A DNA stretch of 64,000 nt from contig NC_043007.1 of assembly GCF_006345805.1 (NCBI RefSeq), positions 59,148,001-59,212,000 on the forward strand, in the 5' to 3' direction. Of the stretch, positions 51,039 through 64,000 are shown in pieces. The DNA is from Octopus sinensis (taxonomy: Eukaryota). The notes under the pieces were generated by a model that was given only the letters and a program-made list of their open reading frames with translations, was not told the DNA's origin and did not search any database. The stretch's first letter is position 1, and each line of letters starts with the position of its first letter. The translations under genes and the position numbers were made by a program.

Positions 51039-52665
51039 CAATAAACTTTGCAGCTACAAGTATTTTTACACCTCACTTCACAATTATTTTTTATAGAAAA
51101 ATTTGAAGTGAGGAGTATAGCTCCCCATCTCTCCGGTTCCGTTGTTTATGTGTAATCAAAGTAATAAGACAATACGTATTACTCCAAAAATTATTAAGTA
51201 CAAGTTTGAATTCATACATAGAAAAATATAACGCAGAATATGTATTTCGTGTTTGTAAAGTCAATGGTATGAAAGATGTGTTGTAGAAAATGCTACAGAT
51301 ATGTTTCTGAATGTTTCTGTAGTGAAAGAAAAAACAGGACAGGAAAAGAAACATACTTGATTCGGAAAAATTGTAGAAGATGAGATACGACGAATTGATT
51401 TCTCATTCAGCTTAAACATAACTTGTAATTTAGGACGGCTGAATTGTGAGTTGATAAACAGCTGATCCTGTTCTGTGGTGTAACGTACATCGTTTTTGCT
51501 TGGAATGAGTGGGGACCGGTGACTACCATTCAATTCAGGAAAGGCAAAAAGAGCTAAAGGAAAGAATTTTTCTCTGTTACACCTTATATAACCGGAATGA
51601 TTGAGAGTGTATTATGTGTTCATTGATCCAAATAAAATCTAAGAAATACGATGAATGATTAACACACCATCTGTTACATTAGGGTTAATAAAATCGAGGT
51701 GTTAACTTCAAGTTAACGTCTCGGCCTAGCTGCAGTTAAACGTTCGAAATAAGTAAAAGAACATCTACGTAACCACGTGTAAATATTTGGGTTAGTTATG
51801 ACTAGAGCAGTAAAAATGAGATTCAGGGTGAAAGAAGCCATTCACAATTCGTTATATAAAAATATTTATTTCCAAATGTCACATGTTATTTTTCTAAATC
51901 TCTACCTGTCCAGTAAGAAAAATAGTTAACTATTTATTTTTGATAAATAAAACTTTAATTTGGAAGGGTGTACATTTGACAGTGTGTGTGTGTGTCAAAA
52001 ATACCTGATTGCATTGCGAATAGTATATATAATACTGGTGTGTGTGTGTGCAGTGACCGCAGTAGGTAGTTGGTCATAGCAGCAGTCTGAAGTACTTTCG
52101 ATAGTTACTTACCGTCGCTGCTGTTGATGCTGTGTTGCAGTTGTATGGTACAGGCCGAGGCTAAGCAAGGCTAAGAGTTCTCTTGTCTCTGATGTGTTTC
52201 TCCATCCAAAACTAGACCGCGTTATCTGTTTATATTTTAGAAACTAACAGAATAATATATGAAAGTAAAATCTAGAGGAATCGAATTGAAACTTCTGAAT
52301 GCTCGAAAACGATTAGAAGATACAAAACTACTTTCTTAGTCTTAAGTTAGGGAAAATATAAATTTCAAAATCTCAAGGCAAAATTTACTAGAAATGGACT
52401 GAGAATTCGGAGTTCAAATCTTACATAGTTTCCTGTTACGTCTCTCTCTCTCTCTCTCCACCTCCACATATATATATCGAAATCGACAAGACCTTTAGAA
52501 AGACAGCTGATGAAGGGTGCCTTCTGTTTGTGATCATTCTGTTTTCATCTTGATTCTCATATTTAATATGTCTTCATTGACCTCTGGTTACTTTTTCCAG
52601 CTAAGTCACTAACACGCGCAGTGCTTTGCCATTGTGTGTATAAGTGTTTATGTGTGCGTGCACAA

Positions 52666-52696
<31 letters not shown>

Positions 52697-53084
52697 TCCC
52701 AGAACACACACCCAAATATAATATACCAAATACCTAGATATGTAAATTATAAAAGGATTTTTATTAGTTCTCAAAGGAAAATTATGAACTTTCGTCAATT
52801 AAACCTCACAAAGCAATAAATGTACTAAAAGGATTTATTTAATCCGATTTGATTATACCATTATAAATCTGATACCAGAGCACAACTAACAAATTTATAA
52901 GCTGTTTGCTACTCGTAAGCTGCTACTTAACACCAAGTATTTATGACAGAAACCTATAATATTCCTACTATGCTTCGCCCTTTCCACTCTGCCCCACACA
53001 CCAAAAAAAATTCAAAGTTTTGAGATTTTTTAATATTCTTTGAGAGTTTTTTTTTTATATTCTTACGCTTTATTAATATAAAGT

Positions 53085-53497
53085 TTTCAAATTTTGGCAA
53101 TTTCAAGGGAAATAGGTCGATTACATCGACCCCAGTGCTCAAATGATACTTATTTTATCGACCCCGAAAGGATGAAAAGCGAAGTCGACCTTAGCGGCAT
53201 TTGAACTCAGAGCATAAAGAGGCACGAAATGCTGCTAAGCATTTCGCCCGGCTTGCTTAACGATTCTCCCAGGTTGCCGTCTTTGCGATATATTAATATA
53301 ATCCTTTCTCTCATAGGCACAAGGCCTGAAATTTTGGGAAAAGGGGAAGTCGATTACATCGATCCCAGGACTCAACTGGTACTTGTTTCATTGGTCCCGA
53401 AAGGATGAATGGCCAAGTCTCTCTTGGCAGAATTTGAACTCAGAATGCCGCGAAGCATTTTGCTCGGCGTGCTAACGATTCTGTCAGCTCGCCGCTT
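53085..53497 (-). mobile_element. Two tandem SINE family B copies
   Basis: gtcgattacatcga(c/t)cccag...cccgaaaggatgaa...atttgaactcaga...aagcattt..cggc occurs at ~53116-53280 and ~53348-53495. Confidence 0.85.
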
Positions 53498-53504
53498 TTA
53501 CGAT

Positions 53505-55391
53505 ATATTAGAATTATTTCTTCATTGACCACAATGGGAACCTGATTTGTCTCATATGTCTAGAAAGCACTACTGTGAATAAGGTAGCAAATATTAGGCG
53601 ACATTACGAGACGCACTATTATGAAAATTTTAGGACATTTACTAGACAAGCATGGAAAGATGAAGTTGAGCGGTTGAAGTCTAGTTTTGGAAAACAAACA
53701 TCATTTTTTAAAAACAGAAATGGTGAAAATGTGGCAAATACAATTGCCTGTTATGAAGTCTCAAAACGCATCACTGAAAAGATGAAACCTTTTACAGATG
53801 GTGATTTTTCTTTTTAAAAGACTGCTTATAGACAATGTTGGATATTATTTGTCCAGAAAAAAATTTTTGTTTGAAACTATCAGTCGTTCTCCGAGGAGGT
53901 CATACGGCGGGTTGAAGAAATGTCGGCAGATGTTAAAAATCAATTAATCAACACCTGCAGTGAATTACAATATTTTTCAATTGCAATCGATGAGAGTATA
54001 GACTTAAGTGACACTGCACAACTTGCTGTCTTTGTGCGAGGAGTGACTTTAAATTTTCAGATCTTTGAAGAATTTATTCAGTTAATTCCTATGAAGGAAA
54101 CCGTAACCGGAGCAGACATCTTTGAAGCTTTGTTGAAAATGATATCAGAAATGAAGTTTGATTTTTAGAAACTAATTGGCATCACAACTGATGGTGCTCC
54201 AGCAATGGTAGGACAACAAAAATGGCCTTGGACTCGCACATAAACTTGTTAAAATTCATTGTATTATCCATCAAGTTTTTGAAATTTAAGAATGTTATGG
54301 ATATTGTTGTGGAGGCCGTGAAGCTGATCCTATTTCGGGGATTAAATCATCAATTTAAGCAATTTTTGCTAGATACTGAGGCAGAATATGGTGACCTTGC
54401 CTATTTCTACGATGTACGCTGGTTTAGCCGAAGATCAATGCTACAAAGAGTACTTGCCTTATACAAAGAGGTGGCGATATTTCTCGAAAGCAAACGTGTG
54501 GATAGTTCCCATTTTCGAGGTCCTGATTGACTTACAACTTTGGCACTTATTGTGGATATTGTAACTCATTTAAATAACTTAAATTTACAACTTCAAGGTA
54601 AAACTCAGCTCGTAAATGAAATGTATAACCATATTGTTGCCTTTGAAAAAAGAATTGTACAGTTGTGGGAATATCGAAATAAAAACTATGCGCATTTTCC
54701 ATCATTTCAAGTAAGGAAACCACAGAATTCAGCGGTATTTGTGAATATAATCTAGGATTTGAGAAATAAGTTTGCATCAGGTTTTGCTGACTTTCGTCTG
54801 CATGCAAATCAGATTTGCTACACCATTTTATGTGGAGGTGGAGACAGTATCAAAATGTTTTCAAATGGAATTGATTAATATGCAGTGTGTGAGATCTAAA
54901 TTTCATTGATTGACTTCTGTGCAAAATATATTTTTCCAAGTGGGAAGCATACCAACTTAATGAATCCTGCAAAAAAGATGGCATCTTTGTTTGGAAGCAC
55001 TTATTAGTGTAAGCAATTATTTTCCAAACTGAAGCAAACTAAGAAAAATTTGAGAACAAGATTAACTGATAATCATCTTGATAATATCTTGCTCTTGGCA
55101 TCAACAAGTTTGAAGCCTAATATTGAGAAGCTTTCAAGGAACAAAAAACATTGTTTCCCATTAATTTTTTGGCTGCTATGTATTTTAAGATTTTTTAAAT
55201 GATTCTAACAATGTCTTAAATTGAATAAATCTATGGTTAATACAAATTACTTTTAAATATAGTCAACACTTGTGATTAAATTTTAGCTTGTGTAATTTTC
55301 GATAATTATTCCTTTATGGCCTTCGTCCGGCCCGCTATCTGTCATTAATACTAGATCCGGCCCGTGGTGGCAAAGAAGTTGCCAACCCCTG
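53505..55391 (+). mobile_element. Decayed hAT (Charlie/SPIN/GTF2IRD2-like) transposase with right terminus
   Basis: CLIC..NIRRHYET; KPFTDG; FSIAIDESIDLSDTAQLAVFVRG; ITTDGAPAMVG; HCIIHQ; VRWFSR; FGSTY..LFS..RTRLTD. The terminus gttgccaacccctg is followed by atttagac. Confidence 0.92.
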
Positions 55392-57339
55392 ATTTAGACT
55401 ATGGACGTGGTCAAAACGTAATCTATAATTTTCTCTGCTTTACTTCAATGGAAACGGGTGATTTGAAAAAGTAAAGTGCATGGCTGAAAGCAGCAGGAAG
55501 TCTGAATAAATGACGAGTGTTTCACTAGGTTGTCATGTTGAAATTTGAGCTAAATACACAATGAAGACAGTGTCCTCAGTAATGGAAACGATGATGAAAC
55601 ATCAACTATTAAAGAAAATGTAACATAAATAAGAAAAAGGAAAAGGGAAATGATTACACACACACACACACTATACATACGCGTGTTGAACATTCTTAAC
55701 AATCCTTAATTCTTTCAATGAGACGAAGTAATTTGATACATTAACACAAAGCTACAAATTGGAGGGAGGAAACGATGATTTTATATTTAAAAGTAAAAAA
55801 AAAAAAGGAGAAAGAAGGAGAGGCAGAGAGGGGGAAGAGAAAAAGACAGAGTTGAGGATTAAGAGAGAAAGAAGCAGGTAAAGAAATGATGTTAGTTACT
55901 TATATAAGTATTTTAATGGGAGGGAATTCCACTTCCATATTAACGTCCTCTTTCCCCGCATCCCTATTATGTGTTTATGGCTTCTTTAATTTTTATATGT
56001 TCAGCTGTTGTGTGAATTCAATCCACCATCGTTTATGTCGGAGTTATTATTGTTATTTAGCACTAAATCAACTCTGATCCAGTCTTTATTTCCATGCATA
56101 CAGCACCTGGAATCATATTTTATCCAAATATGTCCTTTTCTATATTAAAAAAAAATTATTTTATTGAAGAGAGTTGGGAAATTTCTTTCATGTTGTGCGA
56201 TTAATGTTGTGGATTTCCTTGTTAACTCTTTTATGTCTGTCCTGCATGCATCGAACAATTGAGCTCACTGGTGAACAGCGTCCATAATATGGTTTTGATT
56301 CCTGATTAAACTGCTTTACTTAAGTTATATCTAAGATATAAAATCTTTATGTTTGATTTAAAAAATAAATAAACACTATTAAACACATGTAAATCTATAT
56401 ATTAAAGATAAACTGTAGCTGAGTTGATTCCGCTATTCAGTTTAATTTTGGGGGGCTAATCCCAATTGTATGTTTAACGCTTTATACAGAAAAGGCATTC
56501 TCTTCGTCAGCTATACATCTTCTTATAAAATCGTGACATTGCGTCTAAGTAAGAAAACCAATAGCATTTATTTAAATATTTTTTTAATGGGATTGAAATC
56601 TTTTTTTTTTTTTAAATATAGTTTTGCGATAATGAACTGTAGATTTTTGTCCTGGATATCAAAATAATTCAGAGATAAAGACAGAAAATTAATGACTGTG
56701 TGTGTACATTCATTGCCCTATAATTATCTTGAATTCGTATCGAATCTTCTTTGGGCCTCCTTGATCTTCGATGCAAGAATTCTCATATTTTCTATCTATC
56801 TATCTAGCCATCTCTGCACACACATATATGTATATTCACACACATACATACAAATATATGCATATGTAAATATGCACATGTGTGTGCATATTCATAGATG
56901 CATACACTTACAAACCCTACATATATAAATGTACCATCCCCAAAAAGTGAAACATGTAAAATGTTTTAAGTTTGTCTTTAATTTAAACATTTCCTTTTCT
57001 CAAAAACCTTATCTATGTTGTTTCATAAAAAAATAAAACGAGGAATCAGGTGTAGTTACTGGAAGATAACTCTTTCCCTACTGCATTGTTTCCATTGTTC
57101 TGATTAATAACTGCAATCTACCTTTCCTTTATTTGAAGTTGTCCTAAATTACTACACAATTAAATTCATAATTAGAATAAGCTGCCCTCATCCATTTAGT
57201 TCCCCTACACACATCAATAGTAATTATGTGTGTGTGTGAGTGTTAGCGTGTGCGTGTGTGTAAAGGATAGAAATATTAAATGAATTTTTGCAGGAGTAAC
57301 GGTCTCTTTAAGATCAGTGCATTCATTACACAGGCGTCT

Positions 57340-57470
57340 GTATTTAAGCCAATCAGAAGAAGCGATTAGTAAATTGTTTGGGATTGACCAATCAGAAAGA
57401 AGCCCGCCAACAGCCGGTACAAGACACTCCACCGCCCAGAGTTGTATATTACCTGGCTATCTCCGTAAGT
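57340..57470 (+). promoter_or_regulatory. Candidate Pol II promoter and first-exon donor
   Basis: Two CCAATCAGA boxes (57349, 57388), GC-box-like cccgcc/ccgccc and a GTAAGT donor at 57465, in non-repetitive, locally GC/CpG-richer sequence. Confidence 0.4.
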
Positions 57471-57757
57471 ATCAATATATTTCCTACATGTTTTTATTTA
57501 TGTTTGCAGTTACATGACCGCAAAATAAACAATAATAATAACGATCTCAGCTGCTAATAAAAGCAAAACCGAAAATGCAACTAGCAAAATGGATTTAAAA
57601 TTGATCTCTATGTTATCTGCCGATTAGGCCAAGCCTTGTTGTCCTTCCTTGTTTATAAACACCATCTGTTTAATGTGTCAAAACAGAATTTTTTTTCCGG
57701 CTGTCTTACGGTCTTAAAAAATATGGGACTGTTATACAGTCCCATAAATAAATAAAT

Positions 57758-57841
<84 letters not shown>

Positions 57842-60019
57842 GCACACACACACATACACATTTATGTTTATTTCGCTTTTAGCTCCCTAGGAGCCGGGGT
57901 TTCGATGTGTTTATGAATGTGGGTAATTATTTTCATTACTCATTATTATTATTTCAATTAAGAATTTTAGCTTCGTTAATTGATTTTTTAAGGCGAACAC
58001 ATCCAACACTTTGTAGCAGCAATTTTATCAAAGGTAAGAAGTTTAAATCGACCCACAGTAAACAGGTGTTAGATTAAGGTATTCATTCGCCTTAAAAAAT
58101 ATATCAACAAAGTTAAAATTCTTTATTGAAACTATTTTAAAACAAAATAATCACTCAATTTTTAAAAAAAGTGAAATTAATCAACAATGAAATATACGAA
58201 TATGTACACACACACGTGTGTGTATTATATAGGATCAGTATAAATTTAAGGATATAAAAGTGAGGATACCCTTATTTCTTTATCCTCTTGCTAGTCTCAC
58301 CTTTGTCTCTCAATTCCCACCCACCTGAGGTACTTTCTTTTTCTCCATTCTCCCATATTTTGTTTATTTGTCAAATACTAATCGCTTATCGTTTGTTGTT
58401 CCAAAGATATTTTGGGTGAGTTTTAGGGAATATTCCTTTTCTTTTGAATCCCTTTCCCTTTCATTAAGTAGTGATGCGAGTTGCATGTGCTAGGGTAATT
58501 AATATCGTTGTTATTATCATTTCGTTATATTAAGTGTTGTTTTTTTTTCTTCTTCCTTGATGCTGTATGTCTCTTATTGAGATACTTGCAGATGGCACCG
58601 ACTTTGTTTCTTCATAACTCTATGAAATATACATTTTTTTAAAAAATGAAACTTTGCTGAGATACGATTTTATGTAGATTACAAGTATGTTGACATTTTT
58701 TAAAGTTTTGGATCTCATCCCCTACCTCTTCCAACTTCGTTTCTTCATAACACTCTTTAAAATTACATGTTTTTAAATGCTATTTTACAGAAATACGTTG
58801 TCGAAGGTGTCGATTACGTGCTGTTGATTATTTTTTAACATGTAAATCCGAAAAAAAAAAGGAATAATGAATGCTAAAGTTAGGAAACTGGTGGTAAAAA
58901 AGTTGAAGGTGTGTGAGGACTAAGAGAGCTATATGAATTTTTTTCTTTCTTTTCTACATTTTACGAACCTATTTGTAATGTACTATATCGAAAGCGATTA
59001 TCTATAAATTTCATTTTTTTTAAAAATGCAACTTTTCAAAGTTTGGAGAAAACAAATTCGATGGGTCTCTAATGTATAGTTATATCACTTTTGTTTACAT
59101 TGCACGGCGTTCACGATATAAATCCAGTTTTCGTTTTAGTGTAATTTCCTCTTTTTAAAATGAAGTGATGGGGGTAGGGATTCCCATTTTGACAGATCAC
59201 TTTACATCTTTGCTGGGGTTTCTTTTTTCTTTTCTTTCTTTTTTTTTTCAGTTAGCAGTCATTGCTCACAATAATAGGGGGAAGCTCTTCTCTAAAACGA
59301 CTGCTGAATCACAGGCAAGCTGACTGATGGAGGTCAATAGCATTTACTTGAACAATAGTGTGTTTAAGTATTGTGTGTGTGTGATTATGTTCATCACTTT
59401 CACCTCACATGTAGGCTCAAATATTTGACCTATTATTATGCTGTCTATGCTTTTGCATTTATTTTACTTGTGTGGATATTATAAAGACACCAAATGTATC
59501 AAACAGCGTTGTATAATATATACTAATGTCTATCTGTTTAACTATAGACGTATCTTTTATGAATTGCTTGCCTGATCTACTTTCATGTTTACGTCTGGAA
59601 TATAAACAGACTGTTTTCCCTCCAACACCTGGTGTTTGTTTGTATCTTTCTCACTGATTATTTCAACACAATAGCTCTGTGATTCTACTGGTAGTTAAGC
59701 ACATAATACTTTTGTCATCGGCTTAATGAGTCGTCGTCACCAGGAACAAATGGAAAGAACCAATTCAAATCATTATTCTTCGAAATCGAAACTATTGCAA
59801 ATATTTTTTGTTTAATTATAGCCTATCAGTAAATGCTTAGTTTTTAAGTGCTATTTTGAATGGTTTTTATAAAGAATTATATTTAAATGTGGGTTTTGCA
59901 TCAAATAAAATATGATAGACAATATTTACTCTTCTTTTCGCTTCCATAAATATTTAAAAAATTGATATTTAAATGTAAATTTTATATATATTAGATGTAA
60001 ATGAGATATATTTTTGTTA

Positions 60020-60195
60020 TCGTTCTCCGGGCAAAATGCTAAACGGTATTTCGTCTGTCTTTACGTTCCGAGTTCAAATTCTGCCGAGGTTGACTTTTTT
60101 TCGTGGTCGATAAAATAAGTACCAGTTGAGCACTGGAATCAATATAATCGACTTGCCTCCTACCCCGAACTTGCTGAACTTGTGCCAAAATTTGA
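60020..60195 (+). mobile_element. SINE family B
   Basis: ccgggcaaaatgctaaacggtatttcgtctg...gagttcaaattctgccgagg...gataaaataagtaccag...tgccaaaatttgaa. Confidence 0.8.
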
Positions 60196-60198
60196 AGC

Positions 60199-60232
<34 letters not shown>

Positions 60233-61274
60233 TATATTTACACAATTGTTATTTAGAATTATAAATCAGATTCTAGACTTTAAAAGTATATGTACATATT
60301 TTAGACGCATAATTATTTTATATGTTTTGATTGAACAAAAAATCCGTATTTATATATAGGTGTAACAATTCACTGAATCGATTTCGGCACATTATTGAAC
60401 GCGAAAGTCATGAGAACTCCTACAAGGGAACCTCTACGACCTGCTAGAGGTAGCAGTCAAATCTCTCAAAATCACACCCCACCGTCTCAGAAAACGTGGC
60501 TCATAAAAGAACGTAACCCTAGATATACAAAAAGATGGGATGGTCATGGCTAGAATGCCTTACTCATGTCTACTCGATCAGCTCTAACCCTGGGAAGAGG
60601 TAAAGCTCTCAACTAGCTTTACCTCATCGCATACATTTTTTTAAAGACTTCAGACATGTGTAAAAAAAATTATTATTATTTTAATTGTGATATAATTTGT
60701 TGAATCACGTTTTCTCTAATGGCTATTATTTCTTGTAATCTTGGCTGCAGTTTTTCTAGATTTTAACGTAAGTTCTCTTGTTTTTCTTGATTTCTCATAG
60801 TCTCTGAGCAATACGTAATGTCCCTACCATGAGACAGATTCGTGAGCTACTTGGTTTCGATTCTCAATAGACCAGTTAATTCTCATAACGTCTTTAAACA
60901 CCGAAAAAATTGTGCCTATTCATGAAATAATGTGTTACTTTTGAATCGTTGAGGAGCTTTATGAACTCTGACGCACTAGTTGATTGGTTGGAAAAGAAAA
61001 TAATGTTAGCTAGTGCTAGTGCCAGCTGGGCTGAGTTGATGAAATTAAATTGTAAATTTGTGAATGTAAGTTCACATAACTAGCATTACAAAAATATATT
61101 ATAGAATATTCTCTGCAACAAACATATTTAGCTTCCTCATGTTGCAAGTTGTTGTGAAGTGGATGTTTCTGACTTGCCCCAAAAGTTCTTGTTTTGGAAT
61201 ATCGGTGGAAGCTGCAATGTACTCCAAAAGGCTCTTAACTTCTTCTGTAATAATTAATATGCACACTTATATAT

Positions 61275-61430
61275 ACATGGTTGTGTGGTTAAGACGTTTG
61301 CTTTTCGATCACATGGTTTCTGATTCATTTCCATTGTGCATCACTGTGGGCAAGTGTCTTCTAGTACAACCTTGATCAGTCAGAGACTAAGTGGATTTGC
61401 CAGGCAGAAATTGAAAGAAGACCATCATGT
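61275..61430 (+). mobile_element. SINE family A 5' part, diverged
   Basis: atggttgtgtggttaagacgtttgc...gggcaagtgtcttcta...gtggatttg...gaaattgaaagaa. Confidence 0.7.
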
Positions 61431-63484
61431 GTGTGTGTGGTCTTTCAGTTTCTACTAACAGATCTTCGGGGAATTTTGTGACTTTGAAGTTGTCTGGAAT
61501 AAGTGATCTCTTAGAAAACAAATGTTAGCATCAGGAAGGGTATCTACTGTAAAACAATGCCTCAGTATATTCATCCAAACCATGCAAACATGGAAAGATG
61601 AACAACAAACAATCTGTCTGTCTATCTATCTCATCATCAGGGCACAATATAGCTGAATGGTTAAGAAGTTTGAGGTCCTAAGTTTGATCCCACTGTTTGG
61701 CAAGTTTCTTTTACCATAACTTCAGTTCAGTCTCATCCTTGGGAATCTGTCTGCTGGATAGTGCATGTAATTCAAAGCTCCAGCCTTGTTATTTACTGAT
61801 TACCCCTGAGAATTATGTTAAGGATATACATCTCTATGTAAGGAATACCCAACCACTTCACTCATTAATTCACAGAGCAGGTCATTCAGTTGATCAAACA
61901 ACTGAATCTTCATCATTGGAATCAACAAAGAATCTGTGTGTGTTTTATGCAGTTTATATGTAGTTGCTTGTACTTTCTAACATCTCAAGATAATTGACCA
62001 TTATGGGAATGGACTTCATTATTCTTGTTTTATTGTGAAAGAGTATTAAACTTGAGCTAAGAAATGGTTGGTGTGTACTTGTATATATAGGTAATAGGAA
62101 TAAATGGTGAGGGCATCTAATGAATGTAATATTTTGGTGGTGTTTTTTTTATTCCTGTTGTCATGTGCATACATTGGTATTTTCTAGTGTAAACATCTAT
62201 TTTTCCATGTTAACATAGGTTAGATGGGAAATAATTATTTGAGAAAGGATTTTATGGTCATATGCTCTTCCTGCCACCAACCTCTACTTGTTTTGAAAGT
62301 AAAAGATTTTTTATTCCAAAAGTCTTTGAAAGTGCAGAATGTTAACTAGGAATGTTGCCATTTCACTCAAAGTAGTGACAAACATGGAATGTCAATATTC
62401 ATACATTCACTCACGTTTATATATGGAAACAAGTGGGGTTTGGTGACAGAAGGGGCATCTGACTGTAGAAAACTCTACTGCAGCATACTGTTGTCTGACC
62501 TATTCAAGCATGGAAAAGTAGATAATGAAATTATGATGCTGGTGACAGGTTTCCTGCAATTTCTGTCTACCAAATTCACAGACAAGGCATTAGTTGGCAC
62601 TGGGCTTTGAAGGGGGACTGAGCCCCCAAATTGATGAACATATATATTGTGCATTGAGTGTGTATTGTTATCTGGGTAAAGTGAATGGGTTGGTTGGGTT
62701 GAAGTTAATAAGCCTCTATTTTTTAAGAGCAATATTTAATGGAAAATGGTTAACAATGTAAAGATGTTTTGAGAGCTGGAGTATTTTGATAAGGAATTAG
62801 TGGTGATTGTATGGAATGTAGTGTATTATTAACATGTGTTCTGTTAATTTGTAATGCCAGAATAAACTCCTATCTGTACTTCATATGTTGAAGATCTCTA
62901 AATTTTGTGTAATGTTAATTTATCTAAAATTATGACCCCAATGACACCTAGAACAGCTAATCTTATCTAATCATAACATAAATGTCAACACAAGTAGCAG
63001 TTAGTGGTTCAATGTTTTTACTAATCTAGTAAATAACTCACTTATGAGATGTAGACCTATCAAGTTTCTTTGTTCTACAAAGCCCCTTACTTTCCATATA
63101 GACATTAGAATATGATGTAACACTGTTAAATTAAAATAACAGGATTTTTTTTTTAAAGAGATTGGCGGATGCTATATATAAGAACTTGGTGGTAGCTGTT
63201 TATTCCTTAATAGAGTATAAGGAAGTCATAATAGATTGAACTGACATTGCAGTTTGAAGATGTGATTTGAGGAATTTTTAATTGTTGAGTCTGGAGCATA
63301 GCCCCTGACCTATGCAAGCCCTCCAGAACCAGCGTTAATTTTGAAAGTGCTGAAGGATAGCTGTTATTGTTGGTTTTATTAAGATATATAGTTATTTTTA
63401 TTACAGACAAAGGGTGTCTACACATACATATTTGTGGGTATTTATTTATTTTTTTAATACTTTGCTAGATTTTAGAATGTATGC

Positions 63485-63677
63485 ATGGTTAAGACTTTTT
63501 TTATTTATTCCTACATGCTTACCACTTTACATTTAAAGTTCAAATTCCATTGAGGTCGATTTTCCCTTTTGTCCCTTTCTGAGGTTGATAAAATAAGTAC
63601 CAGCTGATCACTGGGGTCAGTGTAAGTAGCTTACCCCGTCCCCTGAAATTGCTGGCCTTATTGCCAAAATTTGAAAC
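63485..63677 (+). mobile_element. SINE family B, diverged
   Basis: gttcaaattccattgaggtcgattttcc...gttgataaaataagtaccag...cactggggtc...tgccaaaatttgaaac. Confidence 0.75.
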
Positions 63678-64000
63678 TAATAATGTTAACTTGTACTAAG
63701 AATAAGGAGTTGATGTTGTAAGTAGATTTATTTTCCAGGATCAATACGTTTGATTGTCTCTTGTTTCAAATGCTGCTTTTTTAACTGATAAAATGACAAC
63801 TGGATATTACTAAGCAGGTAGTGTCTATCTTAATTTATAATAATAGTAATTATAATATTGGGAAAATTAAGTGGTGTAATTCAAGAGATGTAGATTTCAT
63901 TGAAGCTTTGGTTAAATAAGTGCTACAATCAGTTTAGATCTCATTTGTTTCTTAATTTTCTATTTCTTACTAAATTTTGCATAGCATTTTCATATTTTTC

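Noticed and set aside
53575-54755. Domesticated GTF2IRD2/ZBED/EPM2AIP1-like gene
   Set aside because: Multiple stops and frameshifts, and a retained TIR.
57446-57458. U1 snRNA 5' end (ttacctggc)
   Set aside because: Similarity stops after ~9 nt and no U1 body follows.

Overview
This is a eukaryotic, AT-rich, repeat-saturated window. The SINE families and (TACA)/(TA)/(TAGA) microsatellites look like those of an octopus or other cephalopod genome (inferred from family resemblance, not verified by search). I found no intact host protein-coding gene and no CRISPR, rRNA or authentic tRNA gene. Most supplied ORFs are microsatellite artefacts or fragments of dead transposons. Recognisable decayed elements are Helitron (Rep, helicase, two 3' termini), mariner, a DUF4817-type Tc1/mariner derivative, Tigger/pogo, a hAT/Charlie transposase and MITE, fold-back MITEs with TTAGGG-like cores, two Gypsy elements, three Tx1/L1-type LINE pieces, RLE LINEs (Hero-like, R4/Dong-like, CRE), RTE and CR1-group 3' ends, and many tRNA-derived SINEs. 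The most interesting signals are: (1) degenerate minimal hammerhead-ribozyme motifs, one linked to a tRNA-like Pol III head; (2) a duplicated mariner/Helitron chimera carrying a templated inverted insertion; (3) RLE LINEs associated with (TACA)n tracts; (4) a Tx1-Gypsy-Tx1 mosaic; (5) a candidate CCAAT promoter at ~57.3 kb followed by an apparently CpG-depleted gene-body-like region. None of these is demonstrably a new biological system from sequence alone. Coordinates were read by eye and element boundaries are approximate.
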